A stretch of DNA of 20,000 nt, taken from an uncultured virus (IMG/VR IMGVR_UViG_3300033074_001205). Taxonomy: Duplodnaviria; Heunggongvirae; Uroviricota; Caudoviricetes. The stretch is taken from IMG/VR virus record IMGVR_UViG_3300033074_001205. One strand, written 5' to 3'. This document shows positions 9,019 to 16,172 of the stretch, one piece after another. Each line of letters opens with the position of its first letter. Positions within the stretch are counted from its first letter, which is position 1. The position numbers and the translations under genes are program-made. The notes beneath the pieces are model-generated. The model made no database searches, was not told where the DNA came from, and saw only the letters and a program-made list of their open reading frames with translations.

Positions 9019-9051
9019 ATTATAACAAAGCATTACTTAAAGTTTTATTAA
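9019..9051 (-). promoter_or_regulatory. Putative promoter TTAATAAAACTTTAAG-N11-TATAAT
   Basis: Perfect TATAAT with TG extension (TGTTATAAT) plus the conserved 16-mer. Confidence 0.85.
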
Positions 9052-9063
9052 GTGGTTTTGTTT

Positions 9064-9804
9064 TTAGTTTATTTCAGGGATTTTATCAGATAGACTCTCA
9101 ATCAATTCCATTTCGTTCTTATATTTCTCAGTTAGTTTAATATTTATAACTTTATATTCCTTACTTTTCATCTCAGTCTTTGAAGATAATATTATAGGCT
9201 TTCTATCCAACTTAGCTTGTGTAAATAAATTATCCAAGAAGTTCTGCCTAAAGTCTGTTACATATACTGACTGAATGTTAAATATAGTTAAAAAGTCAGC
9301 AGATAAGAAATCATTTATTGCATTGGTATCATTAAAATCCACTGACTTAGAATTGATTGTAAGTCCTGTAATAGTCTTGCCCTTATATTTCTTTATCAAA
9401 AGCTCTGTTAAATATGTAGCAAACATTGCAGATTGCTCTCCTACATCAGAATAGGTATTAATTATATAACCTTTCCCTATTAGGTTATCTATATGTTTTA
9501 TTACCTCTTTACCCTTTTTCAAGTTATCATTTGAGTTTGTGATGTGTAAATCCTTTAAATCTACATCCTTAAATGGTGCTTGAATCTTATTGAAAATGTT
9601 TGACAATAGTGTCTCCTTTAAATATATATTTTGTAAATTTTCTGATACTAACTGCCTATGAAGGTTTGTTTTGTTGGTGATTAAGGTTTCATAGGCTTGG
9701 ACAATTCCTGCGTGAGTCCCTATATATTTTTTTATTAGGGAATACTCGTGCAGGGTTATTGATAATTTGTTGGTTTGGGTTGTGAACTTGTTTGGCTTTT
9801 TCAT
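9064..9804 (-). CDS. DnaC/IstB-like AAA+ helicase-loader homologue with degenerate Walker motifs
   Basis: KIQAPFKDVDL (cf. IPxRF), GKGYII...DVGEQSAMFA (Walker A without GKT), ADFLTIFNI (Walker B without DD), TDFRQNFLDNL...KPIILSS (cf. DnaC C-terminal helix and PTIITSN). ATG at 9804 coupled via TGATG. Confidence 0.7.
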   Translation of the reverse strand: MKKPNKFTTQTNKLSITLHEYSLIKKYIGTHAGIVQAYETLITNKTNLHRQLVSENLQNIYLKETLLSNIFNKIQAPFKDVDLKDLHITNSNDNLKKGKEVIKHIDNLIGKGYIINTYSDVGEQSAMFATYLTELLIKKYKGKTITGLTINSKSVDFNDTNAINDFLSADFLTIFNIQSVYVTDFRQNFLDNLFTQAKLDRKPIILSSKTEMKSKEYKVINIKLTEKYKNEMELIESLSDKIPEIN

Positions 9805-10466
9805 CAAAACTCTGTTGAAAGCTTATTCGGGAGCTTATTCTCAATTATATAAGTATCACGGGCTTGTGCTGCTTCTTTTTTTGTGAAAAATGTTCCTAGA
9901 CAAACTCTTTTATTATTAACCGTAATTCTAGCCATCCATTTTGTCCCATTAGAGGTTACCCCAACATACCCAGAAGTATTATTCTTTTTCATTCTTTGAT
10001 TTATACTTTGTGTTGACTTATCAGCCCACCTACAATTTTCTGAACTATAACCTTTATCATTGTCAATTCTATCTAAACTTACTCCAATTATGTTTGGGTG
10101 TGTTGCCTCAGCCCACTCAATAAATTTTTTAATATCTAACCATTCTTCACAAACAGTAATACCTCTAGCCCCATAATCCTTATACGCTTTATTCTTAGGA
10201 TTATTACATCTATGTAGCATTTTACTCCAAGTTCCATAAAATCTATGATAATATAAATTATGGATTCCAGTCTGTTTCCTGATTAGACACCCACAACTTT
10301 TAGTATTACCTGACTTAATACTCTGAGATACACACTCAAACTCTTTGCCACAATACTGACACCTATATATCCCATATTTACACCTTTGTCGGCTTGTCTC
10401 TGTAGGCTTCTTTAAGTAAGTCTCTCCTATCAACTTAGGCTTCATATCCTTTTCTAACTCTTCCAT
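9804..10466 (-). CDS. Free-standing HNH homing endonuclease with Zn finger and AP2 domain (copy 2)
   Basis: Same motif set as copy 1 (CQYC, SCGC, LDRIDNDKGYSSENCRW, NNTSGYVGV, LGTFFTKKEAAQARD); AAAGGAG RBS; ATG at 10466 (ORF track starts at TTG 10469). Confidence 0.92.
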   Translation of the reverse strand: MEELEKDMKPKLIGETYLKKPTETSRQRCKYGIYRCQYCGKEFECVSQSIKSGNTKSCGCLIRKQTGIHNLYYHRFYGTWSKMLHRCNNPKNKAYKDYGARGITVCEEWLDIKKFIEWAEATHPNIIGVSLDRIDNDKGYSSENCRWADKSTQSINQRMKKNNTSGYVGVTSNGTKWMARITVNNKRVCLGTFFTKKEAAQARDTYIIENKLPNKLSTEF

Positions 10467-10492
10467 CAATCTCCTTTTTTAATCTTTCTTTT

Positions 10493-10525
10493 ATATTACA
10501 TAAATTTAACTTAAAGAAAGATTAA
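10493..10525 (-). promoter_or_regulatory. Putative promoter TTAATCTTTCTTTAAG-N11-TAATAT within a 14-bp inverted repeat (10478-10491/10513-10526)
   Basis: Conserved spacing; inverted repeat TTTAATCTTTCTTT/AAAGAAAGATTAAA. Confidence 0.65.
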
Positions 10526-10530
10526 ATCAA

Positions 10531-13170
10531 TTAATTTTCCTTAAGCCAGTCCTCAACTTTTTGCATCTTCTCTTCTACACTATTACCTTTTATCTCATAA
10601 CCTCCCTTCATCGAAATTCCCACTTCAGGTGGTGAGTCTAAAAGGAACTCTTGATTCTTTCTGAAAGGTAAAGTCATTGCCTGTTCTGCCAAGACTGCTG
10701 CCCTTGCTAAGTCCTTCCTATGGGCTTCTAGGTACACACAGTCGTGAATGGTTGTCATAACTTTAATGTCTAAACCTTCCTCAGCAATCTTCTTATTAAG
10801 CCATATATTAGCCAAGTGTGTAATATAGGCATACCCTTGAATGGTAAAGTTATTACTACTTCTAGCTGAGGCACTAGCCTTACCTAAATCATCACTGTCA
10901 GCATCAGGTGTTAGTAAACAGAAACCTAAATCTTCTATCCTTACAAAACCATTCTCTCTGGCGTGTTTTGCCTGTCTCTCAAAATAATCCCTTAATCCAA
11001 AGTGAGTATTCCAGAAACCTTCTAAAAGCTCCTCACCTTGTTTGTAAGTTAAACCTAAGTCAGAGGCTAGTGCAGAAGCACCTATTCCAAAGATAGCTGA
11101 GAAATTTATAGTCTTTGCGATACCCCTTAATTTGGGGTATTTAGACTTAATTAGCTCAATATGCTCTATATTTGTACTATCTAAATTGTCCTCAGTAATA
11201 CTTTGGAATAATTGAACCCCCATATTCTTCAAATTAATACATAAGTAGCTGTGAGCATCAGATTTAGCATAATCCCTTATCTGGTACATTGCTTGGTCTC
11301 CAGAAAGCATCGTAGCTATATTTGATTCAAGTGAGGAAACATCACAACCTACTATATAATAATCACTGCCTTTTGGGTGTGAAATTAAATATTTAAAATC
11401 AGACTTAGATGGAATCTGTAATATATTTGGTGAAGTCTGACTTAACCTTGTACTTATTGTTCCATTTATTCTATAACTACCTCTAATCCTACCATCTTTA
11501 GAGTTTTTAGCCATCTCTATGTAAGGCTCATAGAAAGAAGTTAGCTCTTTCTGATATTTAGCAATCCCCTCAAATAAACCCAACACTTCAACATCTGGGT
11601 GTGCTTTTGCAAGTTTTGTTGCAGTCTCAGAATCCACACTTGTTGCACCAGTTGCTGTATCTTTTAATGCCTTTAATCCCAATGTGTTGAAGAACAGCTG
11701 TCTTTTGTGCTCTGCACTTGCGGGGTTAAATTTTATATCAAAGCTAATAGCTCCATACTTGCCATCATCCAGACAAGGTTTCTTCCCAGAGAAAGTCTTA
11801 CCTTTAGCTTCTGCTTCATCAACTTTTTTCTGGTATGCAACAAGGGCTTTTTTAAAGTTAGCTTCATTTAAAATTTGTTCTGTTTTAAGAATCATAGGGT
11901 CTGTGAAAAGTTTTTTATTCAACTCCTCTAATTCAGACTCTTTTTTTATCTTCCACTCCTCTGCAAGTTCTAAGTTAAAGGGCAATCCATTAATACTCAT
12001 TTTTGCAATAGCACTGCAATATTCTTTATAGAAATTTAACCAAACCTTATCATATAAATTACCACCAATATGATTTTTACATTCATCTTCTAATTGAGGT
12101 AATAAATAAGCTAATGCTGTTATATCCCAAGCAGAGTATTTTAATAGAATATCTTTAGGAATATAATCATAAGTAAACTCTTCTTTCTTTATTTTATGCT
12201 CAGCACAATATTCATTTTTAAATGTATCTAGTTCAATATCATAATCAGACATTACAGGAAATACCAAAGTTTTTAAATCCATAGGTTGCTTTCTCGTACT
12301 ATTTCTAGCAATATATGTTAACACTAATGTATCTGTAATCTTAATCTTCATGGGGTCTAAATTAAATAGGTAACTAATCCAGCATATATCAAAACTCGCA
12401 CCATTATGTGCTACTAAGTCTTTACTATAAGCAATCTTCTCAACAAGCTGTCTAACATATTTTTTGTATTCCTCAGTTACTGCTACGCCAGTCTTTTCAT
12501 ACCAAACTACATAACTAATATAAGGCTCAGACCTCTTACCAAATTGTAAGCATAAAATCTTACTATCTTTTGAGTCATACCTTAAGGAATTAGTTTCAAT
12601 ATCAAATAACACTTCTGATGTACCTTTAAGGAAATTGTTTAAGTCTTTTAAACCTTCAAGTGTTGTAACTTCTCGGATTTCAATATCCTCTAATCTTTGT
12701 ACAACAAACTCACTATCAATAATCCCTTTACACCCAGCCTCACGCCCTACTGCTTCACTCCTGAAACCACACAACCACTTAAACTTTCCAGCCCCATTCT
12801 TATGCTCAAACACACCCCTTTCCGACCACAGCGAAGTGTCCTTACCAAAAATCTTGCTAAAAATCAACCCGCTAGAATACTTGCCTTTATCATCTCGATA
12901 CGAGGTACAATCAATAATAAGATTAATATTACTCACTTTCAGTATCTCTTCAAGTTCCTGCACCTTACCCCGTAATTCCACCACGCCCACTTTACTAGGC
13001 TTAGAATCAAATAAGCTCAAATAAGCTACTTGATTAGTTTCAAGCCCCGCCTCAGCCAACTTGCTTTTGTAATTATGCTTAGCTAGAGAAGAAAGGGTAT
13101 CAAGAAAAGTATGTATTACTAAAACTGTTGCTGTGCCTTCTTGTAGTGCCTTAATATTGAATATCTTCAT
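10531..13170 (-). CDS. polA: Phage family A DNA polymerase: degenerate UDG-like N-terminal domain, 3'-5' exonuclease, polymerase domain
   Basis: Exo I FDIET, Exo II AHNGASFD, Exo III YSAWD; TISTRLS..PN; motif A CDVSSLE, motif B RGIAKTINFSAIFG, NFTIQG, motif C IHDC. Start chosen at ATG 13170 behind AAGGA (ORF track 13185). Confidence 0.96.
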   Translation of the reverse strand: MKIFNIKALQEGTATVLVIHTFLDTLSSLAKHNYKSKLAEAGLETNQVAYLSLFDSKPSKVGVVELRGKVQELEEILKVSNINLIIDCTSYRDDKGKYSSGLIFSKIFGKDTSLWSERGVFEHKNGAGKFKWLCGFRSEAVGREAGCKGIIDSEFVVQRLEDIEIREVTTLEGLKDLNNFLKGTSEVLFDIETNSLRYDSKDSKILCLQFGKRSEPYISYVVWYEKTGVAVTEEYKKYVRQLVEKIAYSKDLVAHNGASFDICWISYLFNLDPMKIKITDTLVLTYIARNSTRKQPMDLKTLVFPVMSDYDIELDTFKNEYCAEHKIKKEEFTYDYIPKDILLKYSAWDITALAYLLPQLEDECKNHIGGNLYDKVWLNFYKEYCSAIAKMSINGLPFNLELAEEWKIKKESELEELNKKLFTDPMILKTEQILNEANFKKALVAYQKKVDEAEAKGKTFSGKKPCLDDGKYGAISFDIKFNPASAEHKRQLFFNTLGLKALKDTATGATSVDSETATKLAKAHPDVEVLGLFEGIAKYQKELTSFYEPYIEMAKNSKDGRIRGSYRINGTISTRLSQTSPNILQIPSKSDFKYLISHPKGSDYYIVGCDVSSLESNIATMLSGDQAMYQIRDYAKSDAHSYLCINLKNMGVQLFQSITEDNLDSTNIEHIELIKSKYPKLRGIAKTINFSAIFGIGASALASDLGLTYKQGEELLEGFWNTHFGLRDYFERQAKHARENGFVRIEDLGFCLLTPDADSDDLGKASASARSSNNFTIQGYAYITHLANIWLNKKIAEEGLDIKVMTTIHDCVYLEAHRKDLARAAVLAEQAMTLPFRKNQEFLLDSPPEVGISMKGGYEIKGNSVEEKMQKVEDWLKEN

Positions 13171-13200
13171 TCTTCTTTCCTTCATTTAATTTATGTTAAA

Positions 13201-13233
13201 ATCTTACCACAACTAATATAAAATCTAACTGAA
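13201..13233 (-). promoter_or_regulatory. Putative polymerase promoter TTCAGTTAGATTTTAT-N11-TAAGAT
   Basis: Extended -10 TGGTAAGAT, same spacing as the other sites, about 30 nt upstream of the polymerase start. Confidence 0.6.
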
Positions 13234-13326
13234 ACTATTTAAGTAACATTCTAGGTTAAGCATATTGCGAATACCTTTAAGTTAAGGTTAAGAGTTAGTA
13301 ATTTTCAGTAAGATTTTATATTAGTT
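13211..13326. repeat. 24-bp inverted repeat (13211-13234 / 13303-13326, 1 mismatch) with 68-nt spacer
   Basis: AACTAATATAAAATCTAACTGAAA versus reverse complement AACTAATATAAAATCTTACTGAAA. Confidence 0.9.
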
Positions 13327-13350
13327 CTTTGGTATTATTATTTTGTAGTA

Positions 13351-13670
13351 TTTCTTGTTAAGTGTTTTATTTAAGTTTTGTAGTATTTCATCTTCTAGGA
13401 TACATATCTGGATTATTCTTCAGTTTTCTATACTGCTCTGGATGCAAAATATCACGCTCATACTTTAAATATTCTATAGTAGTATCAAAACTACGTGTAT
13501 CTGATAAGGTATTAATCATTTCTACTAAGGGTACCCCATAAACTTTTTCAAAATCTACCTGTAGTTCTCTTGTGAAGGATACTTGTTTTATATCCCCTCT
13601 CCCGTATAAATTTATTGTTTTCATTTTAAATTCCTTGTTAAGTATTTTATTTAAGTTTTGTAGTATTTCA
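13351..13670. repeat. 40-bp direct repeat pair (13351-13390 and 13631-13670, 2 mismatches) bracketing the 78-aa gene; extra partial copy at 13341-13354
   Basis: TT(T/C)CTTGTTAAGT(G/A)TTTTATTTAAGTTTTGTAGTATTTCA, copies 280 bp apart. Confidence 0.92.
13388..13624 (-). CDS. Hypothetical protein (78 aa) inside the direct-repeat unit
   Basis: ORF track; AACAAGGAATTTAAAATG leader. Confidence 0.8.
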   Translation of the reverse strand: MKTINLYGRGDIKQVSFTRELQVDFEKVYGVPLVEMINTLSDTRSFDTTIEYLKYERDILHPEQYRKLKNNPDMYPRR

Positions 13671-13706
13671 CATAGATAAAATGTTTTTAGTAGATTATCT
13701 ATGTGA
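13668..13706. terminator. 12-bp perfect hairpin TCACATAGATAA/TTATCTATGTGA
   Basis: Immediately downstream of the 128-aa gene stop; no U-tract on the minus strand. Confidence 0.5.
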
Positions 13707-13718
13707 GTTTTTGTGGGT

Positions 13719-14105
13719 TTATTTTCTTAAAGCTATAAGCTCTTCAATAGACATTGATTTTAAACTCTCATTCTTTTTCTCAGCAATAAGAGCATCAATA
13801 AATTGGTTATGTGTTTTAGATGAAGCCTCTTGCTCTTTTCTTTCAATAGCTTCTTTCTTATCTTTAATAATTTCTTTAAGGATTTCTAGTTTAAGATTTC
13901 CTTCACTATTCTCTGAGGTAGTTCCTCCAACAAAGTCTATTTCAACTTCTTGCTTTAATTCTAAATAAATATCTTTTGCAATATCATTTAAACTAAAACC
14001 ATTTTTAGAAGTTAAAGGAATGTCCCATAACTCCTCTGTTGAAATATTTCCTCTAATTGTTTTAAATCTTAATTTTTGTACTAATGCTTCTTTAAATAAA
14101 TTCAT
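13719..14105 (-). CDS. Conserved phage hypothetical protein (128 aa), partner of the 662-aa protein
   Basis: KLRF...G..STEELWDIPLTSK.GFSL..IAK pattern, recalled from phage hypothetical proteins; C-terminal coiled coil; AAGGAG RBS. Confidence 0.85.
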   Translation of the reverse strand: MNLFKEALVQKLRFKTIRGNISTEELWDIPLTSKNGFSLNDIAKDIYLELKQEVEIDFVGGTTSENSEGNLKLEILKEIIKDKKEAIERKEQEASSKTHNQFIDALIAEKKNESLKSMSIEELIALRK

Positions 14106-14115
14106 AATATTCTCC

Positions 14116-16104
14116 TTAGAATTTAATGTTGTAAAGTTTTGTTATATTTCCACTTACAACTTTTGTTAAAAGCTCATTTCTTAAAGTTGAGCTAAATCCA
14201 AATCCTGATAACTGAGTTTCAACACTTTGGCACAATAGTTTGCTTCCTAATGTGTCAAATACTTTTCTATGTTTCATTAAATCTTCTGATAAAAATTCAT
14301 TGTATAATCCCCTAATTGTATCTTCATTTTTACAACCCTCAACAAGGAACATATAATGTTTATTTCCTACTTTATTTTCTCCCCAGTAGTTTGGAGAAAG
14401 CATAATAGAAGAAACTGTATTAAACTCTTTTGTAGAAATCCCATCAATTACTCTTTTAGATTCAGAGCAAGGAATATGATGTTTAATCTCAAAAGTATTT
14501 CCCTTATAAATTACTGTTGCAATATTATAGTCTTTATTGATTCTACCTTTTACTTCATAATTATAAATAGTACCTTCAATTTCAATTTGAGCTTTAAAAT
14601 CACTACCCCCTCTATCTGAATAATTTACCACTTTAAATTGATATGAACCTTTTGGCATATTCTCCTTACTTGGATATATAATGTTCTCTACTGCAACTTG
14701 TCTATTTGGGTTTATAATATCTACATCTAAATTCCCAGAGCATCTTCCTGATTTATTACCATAATATATGTGAGAAACAGGTGAGATACAATGTGCATCT
14801 AAATCATTCTCATTTACAACTCCATCGTTCCACTGGATACTAAATCTTAGGTCTCCCTCAACAACACCACCAGCACTCTTTACATTTTCTTTAATTGCAT
14901 CTGTAAATCCACCTTTATAAGCCCAAGAAAAGTTATTATCCCATTTTAATATATTAGGTGCATCTGCGTTGGCTGGTGCTATAATTGAACACATATTATT
15001 TATGTGGGTGTTCTCTGGGCAAATCTCAATCTTATCTGCTTTTGGTAAGATTGAAGATATAAAATCTTCAATAGATATATCACTAGCTTTTGTTGTATCA
15101 ATCTTAGTCTCAACACTTGTCATTAAAATATCTTCAATAGAAGGTGCATTTTTCATCTTAGGTTTACTACTTCTATCAGCATATAATACATCATTAATAG
15201 ACACATCTTCAATTACTGCAAATCTTCTATGTAAAGATTCCTCAATACCTAAATCTGTAATTGTTTTCATAGCATCCTTAATCATATTTGGTGTGATTAC
15301 TGCTGTTGTTCTTTTATAATTCTGAGGTGCAACTTTTACCTCATAACTTTTTACAGCACTTTCTAAATCAACCCCTTTATCAATATCTACTAGAAGAGAA
15401 CCAATAGCTGTATTTCTAATTCTGGCTGGATAATTTTTAAACTCTTTCCAAATGAATAACTTTTTAGATGCTAAGTCTAACTCATTATATGCACTTTTTG
15501 CTTCTTTAAATTTAACAAGAGTTGATAAAAATTCCTCACCTTTATATATTGTAGAACATAAGTCTATAGCTGTATCTAAAGTTGATAATGATATTTCTTC
15601 TAAAGCTCTTTTAAATACAGACACTGTTGCTTCTAATTCACTTGCAACAGTTGCCATATCTTGTTTTACATATTTACTTGATATATTAGCATAAAAATGT
15701 TCCCATTTAATATCCCCTGCAACATTAGCCTCAATATTATACTCTTTACCTACTAAAGATTCTGTTGTATAAAACACTCCTGAAATATCTGATTGAATTA
15801 CTTTTGAATGTAGTTTCTCAGCAACATCTTTGTACTGTCCATCTAAGCCAGTCACATTCCAAATTGAGTCAAGACCTTGTTCAGTTATTGCAACAACATT
15901 ACCTAATCTCTTAATGAAGTTTTTACAAGTGTTACAATCGTGCTTTGGTCTTTCTCTAAATATTTGAGCCTCAACTCCAGAATACGAATTGATATAGATA
16001 TTCCATACATCCTCACTTGGTACATTTACCTTGTATAAAAATTCCTGTTTAGATAATTCCTCAAACTTTGCATTTACTTTATCTGCAAATATTTTAAATT
16101 CCAT
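14116..16104 (-). CDS. Conserved large phage protein (662 aa) with HxCxxC motif and YfaP/DUF2135-like domain
   Basis: HDCNTCKNFIK near the N-terminus; LRFSIQWND...DLDAHCISP..HIYYGNK....G.LDVD....AVENI.....G.Y...V.NY matches the YfaP-type DLDLH pattern. Confidence 0.8.
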   Translation of the reverse strand: MEFKIFADKVNAKFEELSKQEFLYKVNVPSEDVWNIYINSYSGVEAQIFRERPKHDCNTCKNFIKRLGNVVAITEQGLDSIWNVTGLDGQYKDVAEKLHSKVIQSDISGVFYTTESLVGKEYNIEANVAGDIKWEHFYANISSKYVKQDMATVASELEATVSVFKRALEEISLSTLDTAIDLCSTIYKGEEFLSTLVKFKEAKSAYNELDLASKKLFIWKEFKNYPARIRNTAIGSLLVDIDKGVDLESAVKSYEVKVAPQNYKRTTAVITPNMIKDAMKTITDLGIEESLHRRFAVIEDVSINDVLYADRSSKPKMKNAPSIEDILMTSVETKIDTTKASDISIEDFISSILPKADKIEICPENTHINNMCSIIAPANADAPNILKWDNNFSWAYKGGFTDAIKENVKSAGGVVEGDLRFSIQWNDGVVNENDLDAHCISPVSHIYYGNKSGRCSGNLDVDIINPNRQVAVENIIYPSKENMPKGSYQFKVVNYSDRGGSDFKAQIEIEGTIYNYEVKGRINKDYNIATVIYKGNTFEIKHHIPCSESKRVIDGISTKEFNTVSSIMLSPNYWGENKVGNKHYMFLVEGCKNEDTIRGLYNEFLSEDLMKHRKVFDTLGSKLLCQSVETQLSGFGFSSTLRNELLTKVVSGNITKLYNIKF

Positions 16105-16139
16105 TTTAATTTCCTTGTTTTGATTTGTTTTGTATTGAA

Positions 16140-16172
16140 AGTATAATATACATTAGCTTAAAGTTTTATTAA
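16140..16172 (-). promoter_or_regulatory. Putative promoter TTAATAAAACTTTAAG-N11-TATACT within a 12-bp inverted repeat (16148-16159/16172-16183)
   Basis: Identical 16-mer; inverted repeat ATACATTAGCTT/AAGCTAATGTAT. Confidence 0.82.

Noticed and set aside
5902..10469. HNH genes as group I intron or intein cargo
   Set aside because: Flanking genes are complete with their own starts and stops; no room for a ribozyme core and no intein termini.
10908..13024. Four + strand ORFs inside the polymerase gene
   Set aside because: Antisense shadows of a long coding frame; no RBS; Ser/Leu/Phe-rich composition.
13371..13391. Micro-ORF MKYYKT in the repeat (ATGA overlap; GTG version in the other copy)
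   Set aside because: Six codons with no independent support.
13341..13670. CRISPR array interpretation of the direct repeats
   Set aside because: Only two full copies, 240 nt between them filled by an ORF, no regular spacers, no cas genes.
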